Virus record (IMG/VR): IMGVR_UViG_3300022723_000207
Coordinates: 64,001 to 128,000 of that record
Direction: 5' to 3' (one strand)
DNA from: a virus
DNA: 64,000 nt
Below, one piece after another: positions 43,962-51,917 of this stretch. The notes beneath the pieces were generated by a model. It was given only the letters and a program-made list of their open reading frames with translations. It was not told where the DNA came from and made no database searches. The position numbers were made by a program, and so were the translations under genes. The stretch's first letter is position 1, and each line of letters starts with the position of its first letter.

Positions 43962-44140
43962 ATTGAATGATAAGTATTAGGATTAGGAACTTCTGCGTTA
44001 ATTCCGCATCGGTAAACACAACTGACTTTAATCAGTTCACTGTAGGTTCGAATCCTACCTCCCCCACCATATGGGGGAGTGGTGAAAATCACGCACTACT
44101 TAACCCGGTACTCTCCTAGTCCTAATACTTACCATTCAAT
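43962..44140 (+). ncRNA. Y-RNA-like unit 3 with a tRNA circularly permuted in the D-loop
   Basis: Order: GGTAAACAC, anticodon arm, T arm, CTCCCCCACCA-tat-GGGGGAG, TGGTG; ~27-bp closing stem. Confidence 0.78.
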
Positions 44141-44279
44141 CTCTGGAACTTTTGCGTTAATCCCGATCTTGCATACGGAGCCGGATGCGTAGGTTCGATT
44201 CCTACTTCCCCCACCACTGGGGGAATAGCTCAGCGGTAGAGCGCCGTCGATCATAACTTAACCCATATCCATCCAGAGA
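44140..44279 (+). ncRNA. Y-RNA-like unit 4, YrlA-type topology (T arm, closed acceptor stem, D arm)
   Basis: GTAGG-TTCGATT-CCTAC, TTCCCCCACCA-ct-GGGGGAA, TA-GCTC-AGCGGTA-GAGC; TCTCTGGA/TCCAGAGA closing stem. Confidence 0.8.
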
Positions 44280-44338
44280 CTTTTGCTCCCCATCAGACTT
44301 GCCGACAGGCCCTGGTGGGGTTATTTTTGGTAGCTTGA

Positions 44339-44415
44339 TGCGGGGTAGTGCAGTCCGGTAGCATGTGAGCCTCATAAGCTCAAGGTCGGAGGTTCGAATC
44401 CTTCCCCCGCTTCCA
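44339..44415 (+). tRNA. tRNA-Met(CAT), initiator-like 1:72 mismatch
   Basis: Cloverleaf, loop CTCATAA, encoded CCA. Confidence 0.85.
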
Positions 44416-44458
44416 AAAGGGCCACGGTACCGCAAAAGTGGTACAAGGTCCGACAATC

Positions 44459-44488
44459 CTGAAGCCGCCCTATTAAGGGCGGCTTCAG
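44459..44488 (+). terminator. Terminator-like hairpin ending the ncRNA transcript
   Basis: CTGAAGCCGCCC-TATTAA-GGGCGGCTTCAG. Confidence 0.6.
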
Positions 44489-44503
44489 CTGTATTTAAAC
44501 ATT

Positions 44504-44860
44504 ATGAAAACGATAGTAGCTGGATCAAGGTATATTACAGATCCAGCGTTTGTAATTGATGCTGTTGATAAGTCTGATTTTGAGATAACAGAAGTTGTTA
44601 GCGGCGGTCAGCGTGGTGTTGATAAACTTGGAGAAGATTACGCTGAAGCAGCTGGCTTGCCTTTAAAGGTGTTTGAGGCAGATTGGAATAAATATGGTGA
44701 TTCTGCTGGACCTATTCGTAATGGGCAAATGGCGGAATATGCTGACGCAGCCATAATCGTATGGGATGGCAAGAGTCGAGGATCTAAAGATATGATGTTG
44801 AAAGCTTACAAAAATGGCCTTAAAGTGTACGTTTATAATATCGGTGAGCCAAATATATAA
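44504..44860 (+). CDS. SLOG-superfamily protein (YspA/DUF2493-like)
   Basis: IVAGSR, VSGG.RGVD.LGE, AGPIRN..MA, WDGKSRGS..M. Confidence 0.8.
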   Translation: MKTIVAGSRYITDPAFVIDAVDKSDFEITEVVSGGQRGVDKLGEDYAEAAGLPLKVFEADWNKYGDSAGPIRNGQMAEYADAAIIVWDGKSRGSKDMMLKAYKNGLKVYVYNIGEPNI

Positions 44861-44863
44861 TGT

Positions 44864-45751
44864 ATGAATTTTATCAACCAAATTGAAGATGTATTTTCTG
44901 AGTCTCCTATTGATCCAGTGAGGCCTGCCCTTGATCCTGTTATGTTCGATGAGGATGAAGAACTAAAACCAGAGATAATGGAATTCCTCAAGAAAATTGT
45001 CGATGATATTGATAAGAATGTGGTTCCTGTAATTGGAAAGTCCTTAATTAAGGGGTCTATTCTCAGTTATCAATGGTTGCCTCATACCGATGTTGATTTG
45101 TTGGTTGAAATTGATGAGAATATTAATGATCATCAATGGGATGTTATTGGTGATCAAATTGAAGAACGTTATGATGGTTTATTCATTCCCGGCACCAAAC
45201 ACCCTTTGCAGGTGTTCGCAAAGCGTGGCAAGTACGATATAGCTGATGCTGATGGTGTTTACGATCTCTATAGGGGTTGGGTTAAAGGTCCGTATTCACA
45301 TAAAGTAGATGTTCAGAAGTATATGGACGAATTCAGAGATGTAGTTCAAAACATGGATTTAACTGCTGGGGAATTGAGAAGAGATTTAATTGATTATGAT
45401 ATATTAAATGATCTTGGCGAAGATGAAATAAAAGGGTTAAAGGCTCAATTACGTGCCAAATTGGATGAAATTGATCAAGGTGTGGACAGTCTGTTATTTC
45501 AACGTCAAGCGGTCAAGGATGCAAGGCGCGATGCTTTTGATAGGGATATGACTCTCGATGAAATTAAAGAGTTTGGGTCTAAGAACCTATTGCCAGCTAA
45601 TGTGATTCAAAAAATGTTAGAGCGTTATCACTATATGAATATCTTATCTAAGATGAAGAAAATTAAAGATGATGACGATAAGTTAGACGACGATGATATT
45701 GAAGAACTTAATGATATTTTCAATATCGAGGGCTTAAATTATGAAGCTTGA
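44864..45751 (+). CDS. Pol-beta-type nucleotidyltransferase
   Basis: KGSILSYQW...TDVDL; GVYDL. Confidence 0.6.
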   Translation: MNFINQIEDVFSESPIDPVRPALDPVMFDEDEELKPEIMEFLKKIVDDIDKNVVPVIGKSLIKGSILSYQWLPHTDVDLLVEIDENINDHQWDVIGDQIEERYDGLFIPGTKHPLQVFAKRGKYDIADADGVYDLYRGWVKGPYSHKVDVQKYMDEFRDVVQNMDLTAGELRRDLIDYDILNDLGEDEIKGLKAQLRAKLDEIDQGVDSLLFQRQAVKDARRDAFDRDMTLDEIKEFGSKNLLPANVIQKMLERYHYMNILSKMKKIKDDDDKLDDDDIEELNDIFNIEGLNYEA

Positions 45752-46256
45752 TATGATTAATGAAGATTTTGATTATGACAATCTAGCTAAGGATAAATGG
45801 CAAGAGCTTCTTAAAGAATTAATGGATATTGATGGATTTAGCTTCGATCTTGAGAATGATTATGATGTAAGCAAGGATAGATTGATAACTGTTCATGAAG
45901 ATGAAGATTCTGAGCTAAAAGATCAAGCCCGTTGCCAAATGTTTGAGGCAGGCGGCGATTGGCAAGAACCTACTTGCTACTTCCGTTGTCAAGCGGTTAA
46001 TGGACGATTCTATTGTTCTTGTACTGATCGACTGATTTCGCCGCATGATGGCGGTGGCATGTTTTGTTTGATTCCCCCGAAAGATGGTGGTAATTATCAT
46101 TTAGTTGAAACAGAGGATGGGAGGTTTGTGCCTGCGGACGCGGATGGCACCAAGGATCGTGATGAGAGAATGACTTATAATGAAAAAGATTGTTGGGAAT
46201 GGTTAAAAGATATGTTGGATAACATGAGAAAAGATGCTATGGAAGAAATGAAATGA
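45741..46256 (+). CDS. Acidic hypothetical protein
   Basis: ORF; N-terminus MKLDMINE. Confidence 0.45.
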   Translation: MKLDMINEDFDYDNLAKDKWQELLKELMDIDGFSFDLENDYDVSKDRLITVHEDEDSELKDQARCQMFEAGGDWQEPTCYFRCQAVNGRFYCSCTDRLISPHDGGGMFCLIPPKDGGNYHLVETEDGRFVPADADGTKDRDERMTYNEKDCWEWLKDMLDNMRKDAMEEMK

Positions 46257-46564
46257 ACGACAATTATCCGCGTGCCGCAGAAAATGCACCAGAAGAAGTT
46301 AAAAGTCTAGTCGATGCTATTTTGGTTGGCGGGCTACCGGACGATCTGCCTTTATTGTATGCCATATTGGGAAGCGGTACTCCTCCCTATAAGATGAGTC
46401 GGGAGGACTCTGAATATCAGAGTGAACCTAGTGGTAATCAGATGTGCGCTAATTGTGAATATGCTTACAAAAAAGTCGTCAGAGATCGTTATATCTGTTC
46501 TCAAATTCGTGGGCCTATTGAACTAGACGGTTGGTGTAGGCTTTGGGTTCCGCCCATTAAATAG
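46253..46564 (+). CDS. HiPIP-like iron-sulfur domain protein
   Basis: YQ..P.G.QMCANC.Y...C..I.GPI...GWC.LW. Confidence 0.65.
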   Translation: MNDNYPRAAENAPEEVKSLVDAILVGGLPDDLPLLYAILGSGTPPYKMSREDSEYQSEPSGNQMCANCEYAYKKVVRDRYICSQIRGPIELDGWCRLWVPPIK

Positions 46565-47021
46565 GAATACAATGAAGTTTAGAACCGTTTATGGCATCCT
46601 TCCAGTTTTAATCTTTTATCCTGATATAAAAGATGCTCATTGGACCGCCAAGCAAAATGGACCGTTTATTAGAATTCGTGAGTTTAAGGGTGATGAAGGT
46701 GTGGCCAGACATGAAATGACGACTTTTATAGATTCAACAGAAGATCCAGACGATCCTTATGTAGACGAAAGTGGCTACAACGAATGGATTGATCGTCTTG
46801 GGGTTGAACCAATTGCCAGTACAGCGAGTGGCGATGCGGACGGTTACGAAGTTTATGTTAGAGTACTAGAGCCATTGCCACCAGAAGCCGAGGTATATAG
46901 ATCTAGTGTTATAGATGGAATTGGTGTGGATAAAGATAGCCACTTTGATATGATGATGGATGAGTTTGGTGAATGGCCGTGATAGATAATTTACGATTCT
47001 TTGCGGACTGTTAGAAATGAC

Positions 47022-47050
47022 TTGACAATTCGGAACGATTCCGATAAAAT
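47022..47050 (+). promoter_or_regulatory. Sigma70 promoter with a palindromic spacer
   Basis: TTGACA-N17-TAAAAT; spacer contains TCGGAA-N3-TTCCGA. Confidence 0.75.
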
Positions 47051-47061
47051 ATAGGGCAGAC

Positions 47062-47184
47062 ATGAACTCACACCCATTACTTATGGAAGCCACGATGGCG
47101 ACAGCAGAACAAGCAGTCGAGCGATTCGACGTGTTTGGATGGGACTGCGGTATTAAGACCGATCCAGACCCAGGTGGCACCTAA
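47062..47184 (+). CDS. 40-aa leader peptide of a putative attenuator
   Basis: MNSHPLLMEATMATAEQAVERFDVFGWDCGIKTDPDPGGT, between a promoter and a terminator. Confidence 0.6.
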   Translation: MNSHPLLMEATMATAEQAVERFDVFGWDCGIKTDPDPGGT

Positions 47185-47210
47185 GAGTTCAGTATAATCA
47201 AGAACCTCTT

Positions 47211-47252
47211 AAGAGCCCCTGGGAACTAAAAAGCCCAGGGGCTCTTGCTTTT
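47211..47252 (+). terminator. Attenuator terminator upstream of the tRNA cluster
   Basis: 13-bp stem AAGAGCCCCTGGG/CCCAGGGGCTCTT followed by GCTTTT. Confidence 0.75.
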
Positions 47253-47291
47253 GGTACCCTTTGACAATTTTATAGATGTGGATTAACACTT

Positions 47292-47369
47292 GGCCCTTTA
47301 GCTCAGACGGTCTAGAGCACTTGCTTGTCACGCAAGAGGTCGCGGGTTCGATCCCCGCAAGGGTCGCCA
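47292..47369 (+). tRNA. tRNA-Asp(GTC)
   Basis: Cloverleaf, CCA. Confidence 0.93.
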
Positions 47370-47403
47370 AACTAAGTCCCCCACTTCGGTGGGGGACTTT
47401 TAT

Positions 47404-47475
47404 GCTCCCATGGTCTAGTGGTTATGACGACAGATTTTCAATCTGTAAACAGGAGTTCAATTCTCCTTGGGAGTA
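47404..47475 (+). tRNA. tRNA-Glu(TTC)
   Basis: Cloverleaf, no encoded CCA. Confidence 0.9.
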
Positions 47476-47484
47476 CTAGAATAT

Positions 47485-47570
47485 GCACCGACCCTCGCTA
47501 AAGAGGGAAGTCTCCTAGGGTTCGCGGCCTATAATGGGGGCTTCGGGTGGGGTAGAACCATCTCGGTGCT
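47485..47570 (+). ncRNA. tRNA-shaped ncRNA with an aberrant anticodon arm and T loop
   Basis: GCACCGA/TCGGTGC closing stem, three internal arms. Confidence 0.45.
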
Positions 47571-47574
47571 CTAT

Positions 47575-47649
47575 GCAGATATGGTGATAATGGTAGCACG
47601 TCGCCTTGCCAAGGCGAGGGCGCGGGTTCGATTCCCGCTATCTGCTCCA
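47575..47649 (+). tRNA. tRNA-Gly(GCC)
   Basis: Cloverleaf, CCA. Confidence 0.92.
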
Positions 47650-47659
47650 GTTTGTCGTA

Positions 47660-47708
47660 GTGAGCCCACTGTAGAAGGCCCTGGGTTCAAGTCCCAGTAC
47701 CCACACCA
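47660..47708 (+). pseudogene. tRNA 3' remnant
   Basis: CTGGG-TTCAAGT-CCCAG-TACCCACACCA with no 5' acceptor strand. Confidence 0.55.
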
Positions 47709-47711
47709 CCT

Positions 47712-47830
47712 TAGGGGTAGATGCGATTGGTGAGCATTTCGTTATGGCGTCCTGCGGTAGCGCTGCCATAGGGACACGGGCTTGCCCGTACTAGCGAATG
47801 AAGCAGGTTCGATTCCTGCACCCCTAACAA
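47712..47830 (+). ncRNA. tRNA scaffold with a branched insertion replacing the anticodon loop
   Basis: TAGGGGT/ACCCCTA acceptor, D arm, canonical T arm, two extra hairpins. Confidence 0.6.
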
Positions 47831-48230
47831 TTAACCCAGCTGAGGTTCGACCTTTCACAGGAGGGATGGGCTGTGACCCAGCTGGGTTCCTTCTTCCTTA
47901 TGCTCGTGAAACGGGCGCTGGCAGAACCCCCAGTATCGTGGCAGGCGATTGAGTGTTATTAATTAGTGGATTGTTATTGTTACAAACAGGCATGAATGGT
48001 GTGCATTATATCGATGGTTATAAAATATATATTGAAGATGGTATGTTGTATGTCAATAGTGTTAAAGATAAAAGATTTAAGACTCCTGCCGGTGTTGTCT
48101 TTGCCACTGGCAGTGTTTTTAGATCTTATAGGAAACACTTTTATCATGAATATGGAAGAGCTTATGTTGGTGATAAGATTGTGAGTGAAGAAGTATCTAA
48201 GGAGGTTATTTGTAAGATCAAAGATATGTT

Positions 48231-49106
48231 ATGATTGATTTAATTAGCAAGCTGTTGATATCAGAGTCAAGAAAGCTTTCTGAAGCATTTTCTGCTCAGA
48301 ATAAAAGAGCATATCAACGTGAATATGACAGAATTAAAGACCAATTAATAAGTTATGATTTAAATCCTGATGATTTTGTAAAAAATGATGCCAGAGTTAC
48401 TACTGGTGAAATGAGAAAAATTAAAAATGCTATTCAAAAGGTACAACAGGAGAAAGAGTTACAGGCTAGAAAAAGCGCTGAAACTCAAGATATCCAAGAT
48501 CAAATTGATGATCTTTATGACCAGTTAGAAGCTGCTGGCAAGCAAGACATTGCTGACGAGCTTCTTCAACAATCTACAGGGAAAGAAGATCCTAATAGTT
48601 GGTTGTTAGATCAATATAAGTCTGTACTAGACCCAGAGCATGGTTGGGAGCAAAGAGGTAAAGATTTAGAAGCTGAGATGCCAAGAGACATGCCTGATGT
48701 GGACAAAAGAGGTCATGACATAGCTGACTTTGATGTGGACGAATTACCTGCTGATGTAGAAGATGATTCTAACATCAGAAGATTCAAGCATATGACTTTG
48801 AAAATAATGAATTTATTGGATATTTCAAGAGTAGAAATGGCATCATTAATGAACCATTTGAACATAGATAGCCACATTATAAGTAATATATTTCCCACTG
48901 TTAGACAGAGCAAAATCCAAAATGTGGCCCATGCTAGGGCTGCCAAAAAGATACAGAATGCAGACCCAGAGGTAAAAGCTGCATTGAAAAATTCACTAAG
49001 CGCAATAATGCAGCATGGAACTTATAAACTTGGAGAAGACATAGTTATTATGTCTGAGTCTGGTGTCAGTCTAATACCAGCTGGGACTAAGATCTTAATT
49101 GTGTGA
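48231..49106 (+). CDS. Hypothetical protein, candidate capsid-internal protein
   Basis: N-terminus MIDLISKLLISE; shared C-terminal motif. Confidence 0.4.
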   Translation: MIDLISKLLISESRKLSEAFSAQNKRAYQREYDRIKDQLISYDLNPDDFVKNDARVTTGEMRKIKNAIQKVQQEKELQARKSAETQDIQDQIDDLYDQLEAAGKQDIADELLQQSTGKEDPNSWLLDQYKSVLDPEHGWEQRGKDLEAEMPRDMPDVDKRGHDIADFDVDELPADVEDDSNIRRFKHMTLKIMNLLDISRVEMASLMNHLNIDSHIISNIFPTVRQSKIQNVAHARAAKKIQNADPEVKAALKNSLSAIMQHGTYKLGEDIVIMSESGVSLIPAGTKILIV

Positions 49107-49251
49107 GATACTTAGGACATTTTGACATATGAATAGGGCATGCCTTTTGAACTATTTGGATTACTCATGACATTCACAAGGGTCCCTTATGGAGTACCAC
49201 AGAGTATTTCATTTACATGCAAAACTCATCTGATTTAGTAAAAGAAGTGCG

Positions 49252-49464
49252 TTGCAACAGAATGTCTTCCTCAAGCTGGGAGACAATTGGTACAAGTACA
49301 CGATGCCAAGTGGTGTTTTAGGTGACATGTTGATGGCTCTTAGTCTTGGTAAATACTATAATTCCTTTATTAGAGGGAATTTTGGTGAGGCTCGTACTAC
49401 TCAAGCGGCTGTGAGTAAGGCCAAAGCGAGAGTTTTGTATGTGCAGCCAAGTAAAGAGAACTAG
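49252..49464 (+). CDS. KTSC-like domain protein, start uncertain
   Basis: YKY..P....MLMA.SLGKYYN.FIRG. Confidence 0.5.
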   Translation: MQQNVFLKLGDNWYKYTMPSGVLGDMLMALSLGKYYNSFIRGNFGEARTTQAAVSKAKARVLYVQPSKEN

Positions 49465-49610
49465 CCTTGTGATATCGGGGGTTCCTGCTAGAGCTGCTAT
49501 TATAGTGTAATCGACATTTATTAGTTAAGTTTAGACAAGAAATTTTCAATAGTGGCCCCCGTTTGTCATGGTGATACTAGTTGTAGCGTGCGGCAATACA
49601 TGATATTTAT

Positions 49611-49688
49611 GCGCTGGTAGCTCAGTCTGGTTAGAGCGCACGCCTGATAAGCGTGTTGTCGGTGGTTCAAATCCACCTCAGCGCACCA
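49611..49688 (+). tRNA. tRNA-Ile(GAT)
   Basis: Cloverleaf, CCA. Confidence 0.93.
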
Positions 49689-49689
49689 T

Positions 49690-50379
49690 TCAAATGATGA
49701 GCCGTTGCCGCAAACTCAATAACTCATCGTCATTTATTATTTTAGATTTAATTTCTGGCCAATCGCTTCTCTTAGAATAATTTGAGGGGTCATTCCACCG
49801 AGTTAGTCGATTGTCGCTATCGTAAGAAGAACCACACCAAGCTATTTTACTCAAAGTTGAATCGTTGTTCACTTTATTGAATTTAGATGCTATTCTTTGT
49901 CTGTACATTTTGTTTTGGACCCATTTATCATAAACAATAGTAAATGATATATTTAAGACTTTTGAGTTAATTGATTCTTTAGCACAATTTTTCCATAGCG
50001 ATATATCTTTATCAGTATAAAGGCCGGATTTGACCCTACTTGCTATCAAGTGTAAAGGGTCTCTTAATATCATTATGGAATATTCATTGGTGCTTTCGCC
50101 AATTGTTTTTTCTTTGTCTGGCACTAACTCCTGATATACTAATGTAGGATCGACATCTTCGTAACTGTAAATTAAGCATTCTCTATCTTCAGTGTTGTCC
50201 CGTAATTTTTGGTATTGGGGGATATCAAAAACGTTGTTGTTTGCTTCACATATTGGACTGCGGTAACATACTACATCGTTAAAGAATAATACTTTATCGA
50301 AGTGACTTGCTATCCAATTAATAATGCAGTGATTACCACTTCGCTTCATACCAAATATTCTAAATTCGTTGTCATTCAT
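49690..50379 (-). CDS. Sulfotransferase-like P-loop protein
   Basis: GMKRSGNH, LRDP....ASR. Confidence 0.55.
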   Translation of the reverse strand: MNDNEFRIFGMKRSGNHCIINWIASHFDKVLFFNDVVCYRSPICEANNNVFDIPQYQKLRDNTEDRECLIYSYEDVDPTLVYQELVPDKEKTIGESTNEYSIMILRDPLHLIASRVKSGLYTDKDISLWKNCAKESINSKVLNISFTIVYDKWVQNKMYRQRIASKFNKVNNDSTLSKIAWCGSSYDSDNRLTRWNDPSNYSKRSDWPEIKSKIINDDELLSLRQRLII

Positions 50380-50391
50380 ATCACTAGTTAC

Positions 50392-50467
50392 GCTCCCTTC
50401 ATCTAGTGGCCTAGGATGCGAGATTCTCAGTCTCGTCACACCGGTTCAAATCCGGTAGGTAGTACCA
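50392..50467 (+). tRNA. tRNA-Glu(CTC)
   Basis: Cloverleaf with one acceptor-stem mismatch, CCA. Confidence 0.85.
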
Positions 50468-50518
50468 GACTCAAAGATAATACAAGTTATATTTTCAAGA
50501 TATAGCTAAGGATGGTCG

Positions 50519-51052
50519 ATGGGTACAGGCGATATGTTCGATGATAGTGGTGGATATAAAAGTCATCACCATAAGTCTCGTGAGGTTACTCCAGAAGAGC
50601 TTCAAGAGTTAGAACGTCGTGCTCGTAAAGAAGGTAAGCGCGATATAATTTTGTCTCAGTTGGTGGATCAGCAAGCAGAGACGGTTAAGGCTCTTAGAGA
50701 GGTCAATATCAGGCTGGCTGAGGGTGGTAGAGACATTGATCGTTTAGATGAGGAACATAGCCAGACTATTCAGTCGGTAAAGGCTATTGGTGTCCAGGCT
50801 CAAAAAGCTACTGATTTAATGACTGCGCATGTCGCTCAGTGTGATGAGCGTTGGAACATGCTTAAAAAACAGATAAATATAAATGAGCAAAAGACTGATA
50901 AGCAGCCCACTGTTGTTCAGACAGTGGTTGCAAATGTCTTGAGTGCCCTTGTGATAGCTGCAGTAATGGGTGGATTAATGGCTTGGATAATGTTGGGCAA
51001 CCAGCCTAAACAGCAACAGCCATCAACACCGCCTACTCACAACAAACCTTGA
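50519..51052 (+). CDS. Coiled-coil protein with a C-terminal TM helix
   Basis: VVANVLSALVIAAVMGGLMAWIML. Confidence 0.5.
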   Translation: MGTGDMFDDSGGYKSHHHKSREVTPEELQELERRARKEGKRDIILSQLVDQQAETVKALREVNIRLAEGGRDIDRLDEEHSQTIQSVKAIGVQAQKATDLMTAHVAQCDERWNMLKKQININEQKTDKQPTVVQTVVANVLSALVIAAVMGGLMAWIMLGNQPKQQQPSTPPTHNKP

Positions 51053-51059
51053 GGGTATC

Positions 51060-51464
51060 ATGCCTAGCAAAGTATTATTGGTTGAAGATGAGAAGCTTGC
51101 AGCTAAATATTTTAAAAGAGCTTTAGAATCTCATAACATTGAAGTAGACTATTATGAGTCACTAGAAGAACTTAGAGAGCATTATGGCGATTTGAACCAA
51201 TATAAAATGGTATTTGTCGATTTGCGCTTAGATAAAAATGGATGGCATATTGGTGGCAAGGACGTTTTAAAAGAGATGCTTGATGTTTCTGATATGCCGT
51301 TTTATGTTATTTGGACGGCTTATGGGGAATGCCCAGAGGCACGAGAATGTTTGAATATAGGTGCATCGCTTATAATGTCTAAAGATGGCAATTCTGATAA
51401 GATTTTGGAACTGGCTGGCCATATAGATAAGACTTATGAGCCCAGGAGAGTATATGGATATTGA
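51060..51464 (+). CDS. Stand-alone response-regulator receiver (CheY-like)
   Basis: LLVEDE, FVDLRL, WTAY, GA...SK. Confidence 0.85.
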   Translation: MPSKVLLVEDEKLAAKYFKRALESHNIEVDYYESLEELREHYGDLNQYKMVFVDLRLDKNGWHIGGKDVLKEMLDVSDMPFYVIWTAYGECPEARECLNIGASLIMSKDGNSDKILELAGHIDKTYEPRRVYGY

Positions 51465-51661
51465 ATACCGCTGTAGGTTGGGTGATAGAGATTGATTTTG
51501 GGTCGTTTTATCAGTTAGAACAAGCTATTAGACAGACTGATTATCAAGATAAGTGAACCGGATTATGCAGGTTTATACTGACACTTTTACTAGAGATATA
51601 TGCCCATCTTAAAACTGTGTTCTATCAATCTATATGGAATTACAGAAGAAACTTTAAACAT

Positions 51662-51737
51662 ATGGGCGTAGCTCAATAGGTAGAGCAGCTGATTCCAAAT
51701 CAGCTGGTTGCGGGTTCGATCCCTGCCGCCCATGCCA
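51662..51737 (+). tRNA. tRNA-Trp(CCA)
   Basis: Cloverleaf, loop TTCCAAA, CCA. Confidence 0.92.
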
Positions 51738-51818
51738 GAGGGGTCCTGTTGGTGAAAGCTGAATAGTGAGCCGTGCCCCACAGCCCAACTAGTAGCTATT
51801 CAGTGGAAGCCAACTTAT

Positions 51819-51893
51819 GCGAGATTGGTGTAACGGCTAACATCTGACACTTCCAATGTTAGGCTATCGGTTCGATTCCGATATCTCGCACCA
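51819..51893 (+). tRNA. tRNA-Gly(TCC)
   Basis: Cloverleaf, CCA. Confidence 0.9.
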
Positions 51894-51917
51894 TTCAATG
51901 GAATTAAGGAGTATGAC

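Noticed and set aside
44020-44037. Ochre suppressor tRNA (TTA in loop)
   Set aside because: The loop is 6 nt and belongs to a permuted module with a closed acceptor stem
43544-44279. CRISPR or guide-spacer array
   Set aside because: Unit lengths vary widely, the short variable segments pair with each other, the inserts are tRNA-derived, and no cas gene is present
50519-51052. Holin
   Set aside because: Only a single TM helix and no endolysin nearby
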